This document shows positions 11,200 through 23,809 of a stretch of 64,000 nucleotides of DNA, in pieces. How positions within the stretch are numbered: position 1 is the stretch's first letter; each line of letters opens with the position of its first letter. Below the pieces are notes generated by a model, which was not told the origin of the DNA, made no database searches, and saw nothing but the letters and a program-made list of their open reading frames with translations. This DNA is from Flavobacteriales bacterium (lineage in GTDB: Bacteria; Bacteroidota; Bacteroidia; CAIKAF01), in assembly GCA_018401695.1 (NCBI GenBank), contig JAGYKD010000001.1, positions 1,116,016 to 1,180,015 on the forward strand. The letters run 5' to 3'. The translations under genes and the position numbers were made by a program.

Positions 11200-11246
11200 T
11201 GAGGAGTTGCAGCCGGAGACGGAAAAGGCGCCCTAAAGATTAAGCT

Positions 11247-11648
11247 TCAATAAATTTCGAGCCACTTGAGCCGCACTTCAGTGCCGTTTTCAAAACTCCA
11301 ACTTGCATCGTAACGATTGGCTTTGCCTTCGATGTCTTCGAGCAATTTGATTTCGACTTCGAGGTCGTCCTCTTTCATGCGGTAAATCTCGGCTTTGGCC
11401 AAGTCCTTCCACTCTCCCTCAAACTCACCCTGAATGGCGACCTCCTGCTTTACCAAGGGTAGCGCATAAATATCCTCGTAGTTGTCAATGCTAACGTGGC
11501 TAAACACCCCTAGGCGCTTAATCACTTTGCCTTGAATAAAAGCCTCGTTGGTGTCAACTTGAACCTCTACCACATTAGGGTTGTGCTGAGCTACAACTGA
11601 GGTGTTAAGGGCAGAGAACGCCAAGAAGAACAACAATAGGTAACGCAT
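11247..11648 (-). CDS. secreted hypothetical protein
   Basis: 133 aa with a cleavable signal peptide (MRYLLLFFLAFSALNTSVVAQ). Confidence 0.5.
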   Translation of the reverse strand: MRYLLLFFLAFSALNTSVVAQHNPNVVEVQVDTNEAFIQGKVIKRLGVFSHVSIDNYEDIYALPLVKQEVAIQGEFEGEWKDLAKAEIYRMKEDDLEVEIKLLEDIEGKANRYDASWSFENGTEVRLKWLEIY

Positions 11649-11690
11649 AGTGATCGTTTTACTTTTACATACGCAAAAACCAGGCCATGG

Positions 11691-13610
<1,920 letters not shown>

Positions 13611-13675
13611 CTACCTTGCAAACGATTATATTATGGCCAATGCAACTATGGTGTTGTATTGCCTACTTTTTGTGT

Positions 13676-14797
13676 ATGCAACAATCTATTCGATTCTCCA
13701 GAGACACCTCAGGTTTTCAACGCACGCTAAACCATCGCGTTCACCAGTATTTTAAAGATAGGGGTATCTCCCGCCATGGTGGTTTGCCCATGCGTTTCAA
13801 AACCTTTGTCATGTTTAGCCTGTATTTCACCCCCATTGTCCTGATTATTTCGGGCGTGGTGACTAACGGCTGGCTTGGCTTGCTTTGCGCTCTTTGTGCC
13901 GGTATTGGCTTAGCCGGAATCGGCTTGAGCGTTATGCACGATGCTTGCCACGGGTCCTATTCCTCCAAAGCCTGGGAAAATAAACTGTTTAGCTATTCCC
14001 TAAATATGCTGGGAGCTAGTTCCTTCAATTGGAGAATCCAACACAACGTACTGCATCACTCCTTTACAAATATTTTAGACCACGACGAGGACATCGACAA
14101 CCGTGGCCTTTTTCGGTTTAGCCCGCATGCGCCCTTCAAACCCATTCACCGTTGGCAGTATTTGTATGCTTGGCCTTTTTACTCGCTCATGACCATTTTT
14201 TGGGTATTGGTCAAAGATTTTGCCCGATTCCAACGCTACCAACGCACCGGATTGGTAAAGCAGGTAAAAGCCAGTTATGTTAAGGAATTGCTTATTATGT
14301 GGGCCACAAAATTGTTCTACGTGGGCTATGCTTTAGTATTGCCCATGATTTTTAGCCCCTTCAGCATTGGACAAGTAATTCTTGGCTTTTTGGCGGCCCA
14401 CCTGGTGGCCGGATTTTTGCTTGCCTTGGTGTTTCAACCCGCCCATGTGGCCGAAGAAGCCGAATTTGTTGAAGCAAACGCCGACGGCGAATTGCCCTAC
14501 GGATTTGCCGAACACCAAATTCGAACCACACGGAATTTTGCAAACGAGAACCGACTGTTTTCCTGGTACGCCGGAGGATTAAACTTCCAAATTGAGCACC
14601 ACCTTTTTCCCCACGTTTGCCACGTTCATTACCGTAAATTGGCCCCAATTGTGCAGCAAACCGCACAGGAATTTGGTATTCCTTACCATGCCACACCCGG
14701 TGTTTGGGGCGCTTTGGTAACGCATGGCCGACATTTAAAGAATTTGGGGGCGCCTAATCCTGCTGTCCCCTCTACTCCGGCCATGGCAGGGCACTGA
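13676..14797 (+). CDS. membrane fatty-acid (acyl-lipid/acyl-CoA) desaturase
   Basis: Histidine boxes HDACH, HNVLHH and QIEHHLFP, with N-terminal MQQSIRFSRD… typical of the family. Start re-set to ATG 13676. Confidence 0.85.
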   Translation: MQQSIRFSRDTSGFQRTLNHRVHQYFKDRGISRHGGLPMRFKTFVMFSLYFTPIVLIISGVVTNGWLGLLCALCAGIGLAGIGLSVMHDACHGSYSSKAWENKLFSYSLNMLGASSFNWRIQHNVLHHSFTNILDHDEDIDNRGLFRFSPHAPFKPIHRWQYLYAWPFYSLMTIFWVLVKDFARFQRYQRTGLVKQVKASYVKELLIMWATKLFYVGYALVLPMIFSPFSIGQVILGFLAAHLVAGFLLALVFQPAHVAEEAEFVEANADGELPYGFAEHQIRTTRNFANENRLFSWYAGGLNFQIEHHLFPHVCHVHYRKLAPIVQQTAQEFGIPYHATPGVWGALVTHGRHLKNLGAPNPAVPSTPAMAGH

Positions 14798-15043
14798 TCG
14801 GCAACTCCGCCCAAGGAGCTTCCTGTGGTCGCTCTTGGCCGTAGGCCGCTCAGGCGCCTGCCAAGTCCGGGGTGCCGGCTCCATCAGGGGCGCAAAACAA
14901 ATCGCAACTTTAGGCTGTTTCTTGCTAGGGATGGGAGCTCAAAGCTTATTTTGATTGATTCTAAATAAGTGGCCAACTTTCGGTTGGAGCCTCCTGCCTT
15001 TTGAACTTTACTAATTTTGTAGTATCACAGGAAACAGATACTC

Positions 15044-15724
15044 ATGGCGCAAAATGCATCTTACGGATTATTAAAATCTTCGATTGGGAAGAAAGTGTTT
15101 ATGGCCCTCACCGGGCTGTTTTTATGCCTGTTTTTGGTGGGGCATTTGGCCGGAAACTTGCAGCTGTTTATTTCGGGACAACCCGGGCAAATTCAATTCA
15201 ACAAGTATGCAGAGTTTATGACCACCAACCCGGCAGTAAAAATTCTCTCATACGTTACTTATTTCAGTATCCTTTTTCACGTCTTTGACGGCCTTGCTTT
15301 AACGCTTAAGAACCGCAAGGCCCGTCCACAGCGCTATCATTATAAAAAGGACAGCGCTAACTCCATTTGGTCCAGCCGAAATATGGGCGTGTTGGGTACG
15401 GTGATTCTGGTATTCATTGTTTTGCACATGAGCAATTTCTGGTTCAAAATGCATTTTGGCGACATCGGGGTTGATGCCGAAGGCCGGAAAGATTTGTATA
15501 CCGTGGTAGCAGCCTCCTTTGAGCAGCTTTGGTATGTGGCCATATATGCCATCAGTATGGTGGCCATCGGTTTTCACTTATGGCATGGTTTTGCCAGCGG
15601 TTTTCAATCCCTGGGGCTTAATCATTCGGCCTATACTCCCCTTATTCAAGGATTTGGTAAGGTCTTCGCTGTGGTAGTCCCCTTGGGCTTTGCCATTATT
15701 CCTATTTATATGTACCTCACCTAA
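15044..15724 (+). CDS. sdhC: succinate dehydrogenase/fumarate reductase cytochrome b subunit, b558 family
   Basis: 226 aa polytopic protein immediately upstream of sdhA-sdhB, the typical Bacteroidota arrangement. Confidence 0.8.
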   Translation: MAQNASYGLLKSSIGKKVFMALTGLFLCLFLVGHLAGNLQLFISGQPGQIQFNKYAEFMTTNPAVKILSYVTYFSILFHVFDGLALTLKNRKARPQRYHYKKDSANSIWSSRNMGVLGTVILVFIVLHMSNFWFKMHFGDIGVDAEGRKDLYTVVAASFEQLWYVAIYAISMVAIGFHLWHGFASGFQSLGLNHSAYTPLIQGFGKVFAVVVPLGFAIIPIYMYLT

Positions 15725-15751
15725 TTCCCATCAAACGAAAAATAGTCGACT

Positions 15752-17731
15752 ATGTCAGAGCTAAATTCCAATATACCCAAAGGACCACTAGCCGATAAGT
15801 GGCAAACCCATAAGAACAGCATTCGTTTGGTAAACCCGGCCAACAAACGCAATATCGATGTAATTGTGGTGGGTACAGGTTTGGCAGGCGCTTCTGCCGC
15901 CGCCTCTTTAGGTGAAATGGGCTACAACGTTAAAGCCTTTTGTTTTCAAGATAGCCCCCGAAGAGCCCACTCCATTGCCGCTCAAGGAGGAATCAACGCC
16001 GCAAAAAATTACCGAAACGACGGGGACTCTGTCTACCGTTTGTTCTACGACACCATTAAAGGTGGCGATTACCGGAGCCGCGAAGCCAATGTACACCGTT
16101 TGGCCGAGGTGAGCGTGAACATTATTGACCAATGTGTGGCTCAAGGTGTGCCATTTGCAAGAGAGTACGGTGGTTTGTTAGACAACCGCTCTTTTGGCGG
16201 TGTACAGGTGAGCCGCACCTTTTACGCCAAAGGCCAAACCGGTCAGCAGTTGTTGCTTGGCGCATATTCCGCACTTAGCCGACAAGTAGCCGCAGGCCAG
16301 GTTAAACTCTACAGCCGCCACGAAATGATGAATTTGGTAATGGTAGACGGAAAAGCCCGCGGAATCATTGCCAGAAACTTAGTTACCGGAGAAATTGAAC
16401 GCCATTCGGCGCATGCCGTTTTGCTTTGCACCGGTGGCTACGGCAATGTATTTTATTTGTCCACCAATGCCATGGGTTCCAACGTTACCGCTACTTGGAA
16501 AGCCCATAAAAAGGGAGCCTTTTTTGGAAACCCCTGCTTCACCCAAATTCACCCTACCTGCATCCCCGTTTCCGGTGACTATCAATCTAAGCTTACCTTG
16601 ATGAGCGAGTCGCTTCGAAACGATGGACGCATTTGGGTGCCAAAAGCAAAGGACGACAAACGCAAGCCCGTTGATATTCCGGAAGAGGAACGCGACTACT
16701 ATTTGGAGCGCAGGTATCCTGCCTTTGGAAACTTAGTACCTCGCGATGTGGCTAGTAGAGCCGCCAAAGAACGCTGCGATGCCGGTTATGGTGTGGGGCA
16801 ATCCAAAATGGCCGTTTACCTAGACTACGCCTCCGCTATAGAACGGTATGGAAAAGCCGAAGCCAATAAACAAGGACTTCCCAATGTCGATACCGCAACC
16901 ATCTTAAAACTTGGAAAGCAAGTAGTTGCTGCCAAATACGGCAACTTATTTGAAATGTACGAAAAAATCACCGGCGACAATCCCTACGAAACCCCCATGC
17001 GAATTTACCCCGCAGTACATTATACCATGGGTGGACTTTGGGTCGATTATAACTTAATGAGCAATCTGGACGGACTGTTTGTGTTAGGTGAAGCCAATTT
17101 CTCCGACCACGGGGCAAACCGTTTAGGTGCTTCTGCCTTGATGCAAGGTCTTGCCGACGGATACTTTGTAGTGCCTTATACCCTAGGCAACTATTTGGCC
17201 GACGATATCCGCACAGGGCCAATTTCTACCGATGCTCCCGAGTTTGAGCAGGCTGAAAAAGAAGTGACCGATACCATGGACCGTTTAATGAGCATTAATG
17301 GCGATAAAACGGTCGATTATTTCCACAAAGCCTTAGGAAAAATTATGTGGGATAAGTGCGGTATGGCTCGAAGCGAACAGGGGCTTAAAGAAGCCATTTC
17401 AGAAATTAAAGCCCTGCGGGAAGCTTTTTGGAGTGAAGTGCGTGTTCCCGGAGATAAAAACGAATTCAATCCTGAACTGGAAAAGGCATGTAGAGTGGCC
17501 GATTTCTTAGAATTGGGCGAACTCATGTGCTACGACGCTTTAAACCGCAACGAAAGTTGTGGTGGTCACTTCCGTGAAGAATACCAAACCGAAGAAGGCG
17601 AGGCCTTGCGCGACGACGAAAATTATACTTACGTAGCTGCTTGGGAATACAAGGAGTCCGGAGAGCCCGCCCTGCACAAAGAAGTACTGGAGTTTGAAAA
17701 TGTGAAGCCAACGACCCGCAGTTACAAATAA
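15752..17731 (+). CDS. sdhA: succinate dehydrogenase/fumarate reductase flavoprotein subunit
   Basis: 659 aa with an FAD-binding [10 protein letters not shown] motif and a covalent-FAD His region ([10 protein letters not shown]). Confidence 0.95.
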   Translation: MSELNSNIPKGPLADKWQTHKNSIRLVNPANKRNIDVIVVGTGLAGASAAASLGEMGYNVKAFCFQDSPRRAHSIAAQGGINAAKNYRNDGDSVYRLFYDTIKGGDYRSREANVHRLAEVSVNIIDQCVAQGVPFAREYGGLLDNRSFGGVQVSRTFYAKGQTGQQLLLGAYSALSRQVAAGQVKLYSRHEMMNLVMVDGKARGIIARNLVTGEIERHSAHAVLLCTGGYGNVFYLSTNAMGSNVTATWKAHKKGAFFGNPCFTQIHPTCIPVSGDYQSKLTLMSESLRNDGRIWVPKAKDDKRKPVDIPEEERDYYLERRYPAFGNLVPRDVASRAAKERCDAGYGVGQSKMAVYLDYASAIERYGKAEANKQGLPNVDTATILKLGKQVVAAKYGNLFEMYEKITGDNPYETPMRIYPAVHYTMGGLWVDYNLMSNLDGLFVLGEANFSDHGANRLGASALMQGLADGYFVVPYTLGNYLADDIRTGPISTDAPEFEQAEKEVTDTMDRLMSINGDKTVDYFHKALGKIMWDKCGMARSEQGLKEAISEIKALREAFWSEVRVPGDKNEFNPELEKACRVADFLELGELMCYDALNRNESCGGHFREEYQTEEGEALRDDENYTYVAAWEYKESGEPALHKEVLEFENVKPTTRSYK

Positions 17732-17741
17732 TACAAACATT

Positions 17742-18530
17742 ATGTCCCAGAATACCATGAATCTTAAGCTTAAAATTTGGCGCCAAAAGAGAGCCTCTAC
17801 TCCCGGAAAGATGGTAGATTATACCCTAAACGGGGTGAATCCGGAGATGTCTTTTCTGGAAATGATGGATGTGTTGAATCAGCAACTCATTGAGGGCGGC
17901 GAAGAACCTGTGGCTTTTGACCACGATTGCCGGGAAGGTATTTGCGGCATGTGTTCTATGTTTATTAATGGAAGAGCCCATGGGCCTATGACAGGAACTA
18001 CCACCTGTCAACTGCACATGCGTCACTTTAATGATGGAGATACCATAACCATTGAGCCCTGGCGCTCTGCGGCTTTTCCGGTCATTAAAGACCTTTCTGT
18101 AGACAGGTCTTCGTTTGACCGAATAATACAAGCTGGCGGCTATGTTTCTGTAAATACAGGAGCTGCTCCCGATGCCAATGCCCTTCCCATTCCCAAAGAA
18201 AATGCCGACGCGGCCTTTGATGCAGCTACTTGTATTGGATGTGGGGCATGCGTAGCTACCTGCAAAAACGCTTCTGCCATGTTGTTTGTGAGTGCCAAAG
18301 TAAGTCAATTGGCTTTGCTTCCTCAAGGAGCACCCGAGCGGCAAGAACGAGCTTTGCGCATGGTTGAACAAATGGACAAAGAAGGCTTTGGAAATTGCAC
18401 CAATACGGGAGCTTGTGAGGTCGAATGTCCAAAGGGGATTTCTATTGAAAACATTGCCCGCATGAATCGTGAATTCCTAAAAGCCTCCTTGGTAAAAAAG
18501 AAAAAGAAAGCCGGAATGGCAGCCAGTTAA
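17742..18530 (+). CDS. sdhB: succinate dehydrogenase/fumarate reductase iron-sulfur subunit
   Basis: [10 protein letters not shown] 2Fe-2S motif and CIGCGAC…CP ferredoxin cysteine motifs. Confidence 0.95.
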   Translation: MSQNTMNLKLKIWRQKRASTPGKMVDYTLNGVNPEMSFLEMMDVLNQQLIEGGEEPVAFDHDCREGICGMCSMFINGRAHGPMTGTTTCQLHMRHFNDGDTITIEPWRSAAFPVIKDLSVDRSSFDRIIQAGGYVSVNTGAAPDANALPIPKENADAAFDAATCIGCGACVATCKNASAMLFVSAKVSQLALLPQGAPERQERALRMVEQMDKEGFGNCTNTGACEVECPKGISIENIARMNREFLKASLVKKKKKAGMAAS

Positions 18531-18540
18531 TCGTCTTCTA

Positions 18541-19317
18541 TTATTCTTTGGTTAGTTGAATGCCCAACAGCTGAATGGCCTTTTTAGAAGCCACTTGTTG
18601 GGCTTTCTTTTTACTGCTGCCTTCGCCCTCGGCAATGGACGCATCATCTACCTTAAGGTCCACAATATACTTCCGAATCTCCCCTCGGTTTTCCTCGTAT
18701 ATTAAATCAAAACGGAGCTGTTTTTTTTCTTTTTGTGCCCACATAAACAACTCGCTTTTGAAGTCATAGACATGGCTGCCTGGCCGGCTTCCAAATAGCT
18801 GTTTGTCGAGGATTTGACGGCGAATAAAGCGGTCCGCTACCGCTAAGCCTCTGTCCAAATAAATTGCCCCAACCAGAGCTTCTAAGGCATTTCCCTTTAC
18901 GTCCTCTGGAGTAATGTCTTTGTTGAACTTGCCAATAATAAGGTCTGAAATCCCCAATTCGTCGGCAACTCTATTTAGGCTCACGCGGTTTACAAGTGCT
19001 GAGCGCATACGGGTGAGTCCACCTTCGTTTTTGTCGGGGTACCTTTGGTACAGATAATCGGCAATAACCAAATCCAAGACCGAGTCGCCAAGGTACTCTA
19101 AACGTTCGTTATGGTCTTTAAAGTTTAGGGACTTCGAATGGACAGCAGAACTGTGTACTAGGGCAATTTCGTAGAGTGCGTATCTTTTGGGACGAAATCC
19201 AAGGACATTCCGGATGTTTTTACGCAAAGCTTTTTCGGTGCTTGAGGAAAGCCATTTTTCTCTAAGCGATTCCAGAAGGCTTTTTTCGCGAAGTTGATGC
19301 TGCTTTTTAGATGCCAT
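18541..19317 (-). CDS. rnc: ribonuclease III
   Basis: ERLEYLGDSVLDLVIADYLY signature plus a dsRBD C-terminus. Start re-set to ATG 19317 (MASKKQHQ…); the track begins at a TTG at 19338. Confidence 0.9.
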   Translation of the reverse strand: MASKKQHQLREKSLLESLREKWLSSSTEKALRKNIRNVLGFRPKRYALYEIALVHSSAVHSKSLNFKDHNERLEYLGDSVLDLVIADYLYQRYPDKNEGGLTRMRSALVNRVSLNRVADELGISDLIIGKFNKDITPEDVKGNALEALVGAIYLDRGLAVADRFIRRQILDKQLFGSRPGSHVYDFKSELFMWAQKEKKQLRFDLIYEENRGEIRKYIVDLKVDDASIAEGEGSSKKKAQQVASKKAIQLLGIQLTKE

Positions 19318-19341
19318 TGCTACTCCTTGCCAACCCAAGCA

Positions 19342-20598
19342 TTATGGGTTGTACTTCTTCACAATAACCGACGCGTTGTGTCCACCAAAGCCAAATGTGT
19401 TGCAGAGTGCCGCATGGACTGGTCGTTCTACTGCTTTTCCAAAGCTTAAATTTAAATGTTGATCGATTTCAGGATCGTCGGTAAAGTGGTTTATGGTAGG
19501 AGGGATGATATCTTGCGAAACCGCAAGAAGGCAGGCTATGGTTTCTATGGCACCGGCAGCGCCCAAAAGATGGCCGGTCATAGATTTGGTTGAACTAATA
19601 CTTAGCTTGTATGCGTGTTGGCCAAAGACCTCTTTAATGGCAAGGGTTTCTGCAATATCTCCGAGAGGAGTAGAAGTCCCATGTACGTTGATGTAATCAA
19701 TCTCTTCGGCTTGCATTTGGGCATCGGCCAATGCATTACGCATCACATTACTGGCTCCAAGCCCATCGGGATGAGGCGCTGTTATGTGGTGTGCATCGGC
19801 AGTGAAGCCTCCCCCGCAAATTTCGCCAAAAATAGAAGCGCCACGAGCTTTGGCGTGCTCTAGCTCTTCCAAAACCAGCGCTCCGGCACCTTCGCCCAAA
19901 ACAAATCCGTCTCGGTCTTTGTCAAAGGGGCGTGAAGCGGTCTCTGGGCTATCGTTTCGGGTAGAGAGAGCATGCATGGCATTAAAACCTCCAATTCCCG
20001 CCACATTTACTGCGGCTTCCGACCCGCCGGTTACAATAACATCCGCTTTTCCGTTGCGTATGTAATTGAAGGCGTCAATCATGGAATGCGTGCTGGAAGC
20101 ACAAGCCGAAACGGTGGCAAAATTAGGACCTCTAAAACCAAATTTAATGGAAATATGGCCTGCGGCAATATCCACAATAACCTTTGGAATAAAGAATGGG
20201 TTGAAACGCGGTGTTCCATCCCCCTTGGCAAAGGCCGAAATTTCGGAAATAAGGGTATCTAGCCCTCCAATACCAGAGGCCCAAATAACGCCGGCTCGAT
20301 CAGGATTTACCGCACCGATTTGGTGCAAACCGGCATGTTCTACCGCTTCGGTGGCAGAGACCAAAGCATATTGAATAAAAGGATCCAATTTGCGGGCCTC
20401 CTTTCGATCAAAATAATCAAGCGGGTCAAACCCTTTGAGCTCGCAAGCAAAACGGGTTTTAAATAAAGAAGCGTCGAAACGAGTAATGGGTCCAGCTCCA
20501 CTTTGGCCACTAACTAAGCCATCCCAGTACTGTTTAAAAGTATTGCCTATGGGCGTAAGCGCACCAAGACCTGTAACCACAACTCGCCTCAACGCCAT
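19342..20598 (-). CDS. fabF: beta-ketoacyl-ACP synthase II
   Basis: 418 aa with a Cys-His-His triad context (…SACASS…, HGTSTPLGD, GHLLGAAG). Confidence 0.95.
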   Translation of the reverse strand: MALRRVVVTGLGALTPIGNTFKQYWDGLVSGQSGAGPITRFDASLFKTRFACELKGFDPLDYFDRKEARKLDPFIQYALVSATEAVEHAGLHQIGAVNPDRAGVIWASGIGGLDTLISEISAFAKGDGTPRFNPFFIPKVIVDIAAGHISIKFGFRGPNFATVSACASSTHSMIDAFNYIRNGKADVIVTGGSEAAVNVAGIGGFNAMHALSTRNDSPETASRPFDKDRDGFVLGEGAGALVLEELEHAKARGASIFGEICGGGFTADAHHITAPHPDGLGASNVMRNALADAQMQAEEIDYINVHGTSTPLGDIAETLAIKEVFGQHAYKLSISSTKSMTGHLLGAAGAIETIACLLAVSQDIIPPTINHFTDDPEIDQHLNLSFGKAVERPVHAALCNTFGFGGHNASVIVKKYNP

Positions 20599-20610
20599 AC
20601 ACTTGGTGTA

Positions 20611-20847
20611 TTACTTGGAATTTTCTTCGATGTAAGCAATAGCTTCACCAACGGTGCTGATTTTTTCGGCTTGATCGTCAGGAATGGCGATATTGAATTC
20701 TTTTTCGAATTCCATAATCAGTTCCACCGTATCAAGGCTGTCGGCTCCAAGGTCGTTAGTAAAGCTGGCTTGAGCATTTACTTCAGCCTCGTCCACTCCC
20801 AGTTTGTCAACGATGATAGCTTTCACCCGGGACGCAATGTCGGACAT
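20611..20847 (-). CDS. acpP: acyl carrier protein
   Basis: 78 aa, [16 protein letters not shown] (phosphopantetheine Ser motif). Confidence 0.95.
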   Translation of the reverse strand: MSDIASRVKAIIVDKLGVDEAEVNAQASFTNDLGADSLDTVELIMEFEKEFNIAIPDDQAEKISTVGEAIAYIEENSK

Positions 20848-20981
20848 ATGTTTTCGTATTAAAGTTAATCGGCTGCAAAGTAAATAAAATTAGCCTAATA
20901 TCCTCCCAACTTTTTTTGTGCAAAGCCGCAATATTAGTTACCATGACTAAAGAAAGGGAGGGTTGGACCTACTCTTGCCGC

Positions 20982-21650
20982 CTAAATGGCTTTGGCTTCA
21001 GGACCGGATATGGGAATAATTTTTGTGTCTGTTAATACCAAAACAATGTCCGTTTTGCTTGGTTGGCAGGCCGCTAAACCGGTAAGGTTGCCAAAGGCCG
21101 GCAGTATGATTTGCCCGGGTTTTATCCACCACATCGGTAGCCTTAAGCGCTGTTTGCCACTTCCTTTTAAGCGAATACCCGGATGGATATGTCCTGCCAG
21201 GTGCGGCCCACTAGGGTGTGCAGGATCATGGCCTAATATAAGGTCATGGAAAGTGTAGCCTTCCTCCTGAACTTCTAAACCCAAACCTTGGTATTGCGCC
21301 TTCGATAAAATATCGTGATTTCCTTTAATGAGCGTGTACCGGTGCTGTGTGCATTCAGACAACAAATGTTTAAAGCATGCTAGGGCTTCGTTGGCTTCGG
21401 AATGAAACAAATCGCCCAAAAAGAAAAAAGTGGTGGGGGCGACCACCGAAAACAGCACCCTAAGCGCGGCAAGGTCTTTTTCTCCCGCATAAGCAGGCAT
21501 TCCAATGCCGGACTTGCGAAAGTGTTCTGTTTTTCCTAAATGTATATCAGCTACAAAACAGGCCGAGGCCTCAGGAAGAAATAGAGCTCCCGGGGATGCG
21601 GCAATCCACTCCTTTTTATTCCAATTAAAGCAAAAAGGAGTGGGAGACAT
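20982..21650 (-). CDS. pdeM: ligase-associated DNA damage response endonuclease PdeM-like metallophosphoesterase
   Basis: VADIHLGK…FLGDLFH…GNHD calcineurin-like motifs and the PdeM-type N-terminus, at a length of about 220 aa. Confidence 0.65.
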   Translation of the reverse strand: MSPTPFCFNWNKKEWIAASPGALFLPEASACFVADIHLGKTEHFRKSGIGMPAYAGEKDLAALRVLFSVVAPTTFFFLGDLFHSEANEALACFKHLLSECTQHRYTLIKGNHDILSKAQYQGLGLEVQEEGYTFHDLILGHDPAHPSGPHLAGHIHPGIRLKGSGKQRLRLPMWWIKPGQIILPAFGNLTGLAACQPSKTDIVLVLTDTKIIPISGPEAKAI

Positions 21651-21822
21651 AAAGAGTGGAATTGTAGATGCTCATCGGTCTTTTAACGCAAACGCATGGC
21701 GGATGTTCATTATATTCCCAAAGAATAAAAACTCATCCAAACATGTCGGGCAAAACACTTGGCTTAGCCGCTAAGCTTTTCTATTTTTGAATACTCATCG
21801 AACTACCCTCAATACCCAAAAC

Positions 21823-23166
21823 ATGCAAAAGCTTTTCTACACGGCATTCATTTTATTCAGCTTGCTTAAGCCCGTAAGCGCCCAGGGAGTTACCATTGGT
21901 GCAAATACCCCTCCCGATGCCTCTGCCGTGCTCGACCTTCAGGATACCACGCGCGGCTTTTTGCTGCCCAGGCTCAACACTGCCCAAAGAAACGCCATAG
22001 CCCAACCGGCAGACGGCCTACAGATTTACAATACCACCGACCATTGCGTGCAGATTCACCTTCCTCAGTCGGGTTGGCGCGATTTGTTGTGCGATTGCAA
22101 CAGTTTTCCCAACGCGCAGTTCAGCTACCCCTCCACCTTGCTGAGTGGAAGCCCCATAACCTTTACTCCGGCGAGCTCCGGCTTGTTTTACAGCTGGAGT
22201 TTTCAGGGAGGAACACCGGCCAGCAGCACCGCAGAGCAACCTTCGGTAACTTTTGCCCAAGGCGGCTCTTTTACCGTTAACTTAACCGTGACCGATCAGC
22301 TTGGCTGTTCGGCCTCTTTTGCAGATACCGTCCAAGTAATCAATTGCGTTACTGGAGGCTCGGTCACCCTCAATACTTGCGGAAATACGGGTAGAACCGG
22401 GCCCAGTCAAAGCCAATGCAATGCTCAATATGGTACCGGTGTGGTATCGGTAAATAATGGGTACCAAACTTGGACCGTTCCCAATGGCGTGTGCTCCTTA
22501 ACGGTTGAAGCCTGGGGCGCTCAAGGAGGAACCAGCAGCACAAACAATGTAGCCGGTGGGCTTGGCGGTTATGTCAAGGGGGATTTTGCCGTGCAGGGCG
22601 GCAATCAACTAGTCATATTGGTTGGTCAACGCGGAGAGTCCGGTAATGGAGGCGGCAACTGGTGGGCCGCCGGAGGTGGCGGAGCCACGGTAGTTGCCTT
22701 CGGAACCAATCCTGCCAGTGCTACGCCTTGGATGGTTGCCGGCGGCGGTGGCGGTGCCGGTAGAAACAGCGGAGAAGTGGGCGGCGCCGGTGGTGCAACC
22801 CTGAGCTTGGGAGGAAATGGAAATGCGGGCACCGGTTCTGGAAACGGTGGAAGCGCCGGCTCAGGATACCACAGCAGTGCAGGAAACGGTTCGGAATCTT
22901 TCGTCAACGGAGGTGCCGGTGCCAACAACAACAGCTATTGCAGTACCTGTGGCATTGGTGGTTTTGGCGGCGGCGGTGCCGGCGGAGGAAATCCCGGCGG
23001 CGGCGGTGGCGGTTATGTAGGCGGCAATTACGGCGCCAACTCCAGCCAGCCAGGAAGCTCTTATAATCGTGGTGGCATGGGCGGAACAAGCTACAATACC
23101 GGCAGCAACCCAAGCAACCAAGCCGGACAACGCATAGGAACCGGTCAAGTAGTGATAACATGGTAA
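21823..23166 (+). CDS. secreted multidomain protein: conserved N-terminal domain + PKD-like domain + long glycine-rich (ALK/Gly_rich-like) C-terminal region ending in GQVVITW
   Basis: Start re-set to ATG 21823 (MQKLFYTAFILFSLLKPVSAQ signal). The PKD-like repeat follows (…SWSFQGGTPASS…FTVNLTVTDQLGC). Then comes …QTWTVPNGVCSLTVEAWGAQGG… and about 250 aa of G/N/S-rich sequence. This protein is paralogous to 59416-61002. Confidence 0.7.
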   Translation: MQKLFYTAFILFSLLKPVSAQGVTIGANTPPDASAVLDLQDTTRGFLLPRLNTAQRNAIAQPADGLQIYNTTDHCVQIHLPQSGWRDLLCDCNSFPNAQFSYPSTLLSGSPITFTPASSGLFYSWSFQGGTPASSTAEQPSVTFAQGGSFTVNLTVTDQLGCSASFADTVQVINCVTGGSVTLNTCGNTGRTGPSQSQCNAQYGTGVVSVNNGYQTWTVPNGVCSLTVEAWGAQGGTSSTNNVAGGLGGYVKGDFAVQGGNQLVILVGQRGESGNGGGNWWAAGGGGATVVAFGTNPASATPWMVAGGGGGAGRNSGEVGGAGGATLSLGGNGNAGTGSGNGGSAGSGYHSSAGNGSESFVNGGAGANNNSYCSTCGIGGFGGGGAGGGNPGGGGGGYVGGNYGANSSQPGSSYNRGGMGGTSYNTGSNPSNQAGQRIGTGQVVITW

Positions 23167-23188
23167 CCAAACTCAAATTTTAAAGCAT

Positions 23189-23809
23189 ATGAAACCTAGT
23201 AAAATTTGGATTCCAATAGCCATAGCAGGCCTCTTTTCGCTTGCCTCCTGCGGCGGTGGCGCTAAAAACGAAACACCAACAGAGGGCGATACCAGTGCTG
23301 TGCTTACCGACACCAGTGCCGAGGCCAGCTTTTTCCCTTCACGAACCGAAATTAAAGAAGACGGAGTTTCCCCAAAAAAGCTCACTACCGGAATGGTGGG
23401 AGAGGTTAAAGTGAGTGTCCAATACGGCTCTCCATCGGTCAAAGGCCGCGAAGTTTGGGGCGCTTTGGTGCCTTATGGCGAGGTTTGGCGAAGCGGAGCC
23501 AACGATGCATCCTGGGTAGAGTTTAGCCAAGACGTAATGATCAACAACCAACCTCTAGCCGCCGGAAAATATGGGTTTTTTACCATCCCCGCCGAAGGAG
23601 AATGGACCGTTATTCTAAATGAAGTGTGGGACATTTGGGGCGCTTACGATTACGATGAGTCACGGGATGTGCTTCGCTTCAATGTGGAACCCCAAAGGGT
23701 GGACGATAACCAAGAAAGCCTGGAGTTTGAAATTACCAACGGAAACCTGGTTTTGAAATGGGAATATTTACGGCTACCCATTCCCGTGGAACCAGCCGTC
23801 CCCTCCTGA
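23189..23809 (+). CDS. DUF2911-family lipoprotein
   Basis: Lipobox LASCGG, and a family-typical core GREVWGALVPYGEVWRSGANDAS…AGKYGFFTIP…WTVILN. Confidence 0.65.
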   Translation: MKPSKIWIPIAIAGLFSLASCGGGAKNETPTEGDTSAVLTDTSAEASFFPSRTEIKEDGVSPKKLTTGMVGEVKVSVQYGSPSVKGREVWGALVPYGEVWRSGANDASWVEFSQDVMINNQPLAAGKYGFFTIPAEGEWTVILNEVWDIWGAYDYDESRDVLRFNVEPQRVDDNQESLEFEITNGNLVLKWEYLRLPIPVEPAVPS

